From NCBI GenBank assembly GCA_977017575.1, contig CDRNVI010000245.1, positions 1 through 7,680 of the forward strand: a stretch of 7,680 bases of DNA. The letters run 5' to 3'. Shown in pieces: positions 4,626 to 7,680 of this stretch (position 1 is the stretch's first letter; each line of letters opens with the position of its first letter). The notes under the pieces were generated by a model. The model did no database searches and was not told where the DNA came from. It saw nothing but the letters and a program-made list of their open reading frames with translations. A program made the position numbers and the translations under genes. The stretch comes from Paramoeba atlantica (Eukaryota; Protista; Discosea).

Positions 4626-6420
4626 AACATCATAATTTTTATTTAAAAATTTTAATCAAAATCAATTTTATAAACATTTTTTGTAAAAAAATTAAAATTT
4701 TTACTGGAAAATTACGGTGAGATGCATAAAAATTAGATTTAAACATAAATTTATGCAAACTACCGTTTAATTTCCAACAAAATTTAAATTTTTTTCATTC
4801 AAAAATAGATTTTTTTAATTTTTCGCTGACAAAATTGAAAAAAAATTGAATTTTCATTCAAAAAGTTGTAAAATTGAGTCTCAGGATGAAAAAGTGGAAA
4901 AAGACCACATTTTATCAATTCGACGCTAAATTAGCAAAAAATTTCAATTTCTACACCTAAATGACTGTAGAAATTGGTGTTTTCCTACAATTTTGTGGAA
5001 ATCCCTGACAAACACTGCTAAATTTCCAACAAAAAGTCAATTTGCAGGTGCTGCCCGTGGATTTTCCAACAAAATACTAGCAAAACTACTCAAAATGCTA
5101 TTTTTCCGGCAGAAAACCGTCAAAATCTGCTTTTTCTGGGCAGGAATGACAAAAACGGCCCAAAAAAGGCCCTGTCATTTTGCCCAAAAACGCAGTATTT
5201 TTTCCTGTTCTGGCCTGCAAATTAGCGGATGTCCAAGTGCCCCAAAAAAAGTGACTTGCACTCCGAGCCGACTCGAAAAGTCGTATTTTCCGGCAGAAAC
5301 GAAAAAATATGCCACATTTTGTCCGACGATTATTTACAACTTTTTCTCGCATCCCATCATAGCGATTTTGCGGATCTGCAGGTTGGGAGGGAGCCAACTG
5401 CATTTTTTGGCCGTTTTGAACCCGTTTTGTAAAAAATCGCATATATAAACTCCTTAATTTCCCCTCAGAAATCTGCCACTTTTGGAGACCAAAAAGTGTT
5501 TTGCAGAATCTAAAGTGGAAAATAGGAGTTTTTTGACCCGATTTTGTGAACAAAACTGGCATCAAAAACTATTCCAAATGCTCCAATCCGAATTTCAGCT
5601 ATTGAACACTAAAAATGCTGAAAATCGCTATTTCGCACTGGAATTCCGCCAAAACTCCTTTTCAATGCGTATTTTGGGCGAGAAAACCGTCGATTTTATA
5701 ATTTTTAAACTTTTTTTTGTATAATTTATCATTTTTAGCGCGGATTTCTATAATTTCTCGCATAATTTATTAGTTTTATAGCGTTGTAGTTAAAATTTTC
5801 ATAATTTTATCATCAAAGTCATCATTTTTCTATAATTTCAAACAAAATTATTAAAAAAAATGTTGTCTCAGACGAAAAAATTGCATGAAAGTTGTTAAAC
5901 AACACTAAAACTAAAAAAATATCCCGCAGAAATTAAAAAACCGTGATAAAAATTTATAAATTCAAAAGAAAAATTTAAAAATCTTAAAAATTTATGATGA
6001 AATCATCTTCTTTGTACCAAAATCAGATGTAAACATCAAAAAATTTTTTTAAAATCACTAGTTGAAACCATCGTCTATGGTTTCTTTTGTTAATGATCAA
6101 TGTTTTCATTTCATTCATAACATTTTCACGTTAACTTCGTTCAACTAACTTGAATTTTATTAAAATTATGATTCATAAAATAATTTTTTCATTGCTAAAA
6201 ATAGAATCGCAATGGAAATTATTATGAAACAAGTTTTAATAATTCAAACTTAAGTTTGAACTCGAGTTATAAAATTTTATAAATTTAAATTATAATTTCA
6301 ATCATTTCTATAATTAATTCAATAGAGAATTTATAATTATGAAACTATGAAACTATATTTAATGATTTAAAATTTAATAATCCCTGTATGTGTTCTTTAT
6401 GTTTTCAATGTCTGATGATA

Positions 6421-6490
6421 TGTTCGATATATCATCTTCTTTGTACCAAAATCAGATGTTGATTATCGTACATTCTTATTACATGAAAAC
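6421..6490 (-). repeat. Reverse module R, copy B
   Basis: 6447-6490 is the perfect 44-nt reverse complement of 6655-6698. Confidence 0.95.
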
Positions 6491-6654
6491 AAAAAAGAAC
6501 ATACAACAGGGAAATACTAAGATACTTTAATAACTATTATGTATATAAATTGATCGAATATATAATTACAAAAATAATTTAAAATATTCAATAATATTAA
6601 ATATATATAGTTATTAAAGTGATCTTGTATCCTAGTTCATGTCGATTCTTTTAG

Positions 6655-6737
6655 GTTTTCATGTAATAAGAATGTACGATAATCAACATCTGATTTTGAC
6701 TCAAAGTAGAGTAATCATCGTTAAATATCAGTACAAA
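6655..6737 (+). repeat. Forward module, copy B first (aagaatg variant)
   Basis: Matches 2397-2479 apart from a few bases, and shares the aagaatg and tatcagtaca diagnostic bases. Confidence 0.95.
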
Positions 6738-6779
6738 ACTTATTACAAAGAAAACAACTAATAAAGCATCGACATGAAA

Positions 6780-6849
6780 TTCTGCTAAGATTTCTACGAA
6801 ATTCAAGCAGAAAATTACACTAAGATTTCCTATAGAAATTCAAGTGTAA
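6780..6849 (+). other. Tandem pair of TAAGATTT..AAATTCAA hairpins (H3 6780-6812, H4 6815-6849)
   Basis: ttctgct-aa-gatttc-tac-gaaatt-ca-agcagaa; ttacact-aa-gatttc-ctata-gaaatt-ca-agtgtaa. Confidence 0.9.
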
Positions 6850-7020
6850 ACAAACATTAGTATTGCAAAAACAATCTATGTTTGTATTAAAAAAAACACA
6901 TCTAGAACAATATAATATAAATCAATAAAAATATTTAATTACAAAAATAATATAAAATATAATTTATAAATTTATTATTAAAATGATCTAGATGAACATA
7001 TTCCTGGGTATTCTAATGTG

Positions 7021-7103
7021 GTTTTCATGTAATAAACATGTACGATAATCAACATCTGATTTTGACTCAAAGTAGAGTAATCATCGTTAAATATCGTATA
7101 AAG
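7021..7103 (+). repeat. Forward module, copy B second (aaacatg variant)
   Basis: Matches 2042-2125 apart from a few bases, and shares the aaacatg and tatcgt diagnostic bases. Confidence 0.95.
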
Positions 7104-7142
7104 TTTATTAATAATAAAACCACAAAGGAATCCAAGGAATAA

Positions 7143-7212
7143 TTATGCTAAGATTTATACTAAATTCAAGCATAAGATTGCACTAAGATTTCCTTCAGAA
7201 ATTCAAGTGCAA
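7143..7212 (+). other. Tandem pair of TAAGATTT..AAATTCAA hairpins (H5 7143-7175, H6 7178-7212)
   Basis: ttatgct-aa-gattta-tac-taaatt-ca-agcataa; ttgcact-aa-gatttc-cttca-gaaatt-ca-agtgcaa. Confidence 0.9.
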
Positions 7213-7285
7213 ATATCCGCTCAACTTATAAAATATAAGTGGCGTCTATATATTTAATCATTACAAAAATAATGAATTAAATAGA

Positions 7286-7320
7286 TCATGATAAGATTTT
7301 TTACAAAAATTCAATCATGA
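7286..7320 (+). other. TAAGATTT..AAATTCAA hairpin H7
   Basis: tcatgat-aa-gattttt-tac-aaaaatt-ca-atcatga; positional homologue of H2 with a different but still paired inner stem. Confidence 0.9.
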
Positions 7321-7680
7321 AGCATACACTATAGTGTATGCAAATTATTACAAAAATAATAATTTTAAAATTTTTTCTTCGAAATTCAAAGAAGAATTTA
7401 TTCGAAAAAAATATAAATTTTAATGTTTACGTGTTTAACTACAACTTAAATTTATATATATTTCGTTAAATTAAGAGAATAATTAAACGAAACTGTTACT
7501 CGGCAAAAATAAGGGAATTTTTGAGTAACAGACCGTTCAAATTGAAAACAAAAAAACAATTTGCACGGCAATTCTTGGGGTTTTTACGCCTCACGGCTTC
7601 GTGATTGGACTAAAGAGCAGGAGCGAGAGCAAGAAAGTTTGCAGGGGTAGTTGAGTTAGCTATTCCCGGTGGTAGCTAAC

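Larger units (their letters stand above)
4610..7680. repeat. ~4.6-kb tandem repeat unit, copy B (truncated by window end)
   Basis: About 20 substitutions counted by eye against 1-1665. Divergent over ~6277-7310, near-identical again over ~7313-7680 (offset 4658). Confidence 0.97.

Noticed and set aside
6412-6490. CTGATGA suggesting a hammerhead ribozyme core
   Set aside because: No stem II followed by GAAA at the right distance and no stem III/cleavage triplet; the motif is absent at the equivalent position in copy A.
4610-7680. Assembly artefact or read concatemer of a single circle
   Set aside because: The copies differ by structured, pairing-preserving blocks and by hairpin copy number, which sequencing error would not produce. 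A join of two haplotypes or paralogues cannot be excluded without reads.

Overview
AT-rich (roughly three-quarters A+T by eye), apparently non-coding window holding about 1.7 copies of a ~4.6-kb head-to-tail tandem unit. Positions 1-3022 recur at 4610-7680, with offset 4609 at the start and 4658 at the end. I can support no protein-coding gene, tRNA, rRNA, snRNA or known transposon. The copies are ~99% identical over ~1-1665 and ~2655-3022 but strongly diverged in a central cassette region (~1668-2650 vs ~6277-7310). Almost the whole unit can be written as a succession of hairpins and long rod-like stems. In the variable region, sequence is replaced while base-pairing is kept. The clearest case is a hairpin family N6-T-AA-GATTT-loop-AAATT-CA-A-N6, with 7 copies and 5 different, fully compensated outer stems. 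There is also an ~85-nt module present in both orientations, and three divergent ~160-nt hairpins sharing one apical ATTA-CAAAAA-TAAT cap. Pairing-neutral substitutions mostly create G-U/G-T on the + strand. Working hypothesis (inference): a tandemly arrayed, modular, very long structured non-coding RNA or single-stranded DNA element with a shuffled variable cassette region. All stems were found by eye; no folding program or database search was run, and the source organism is not identified.
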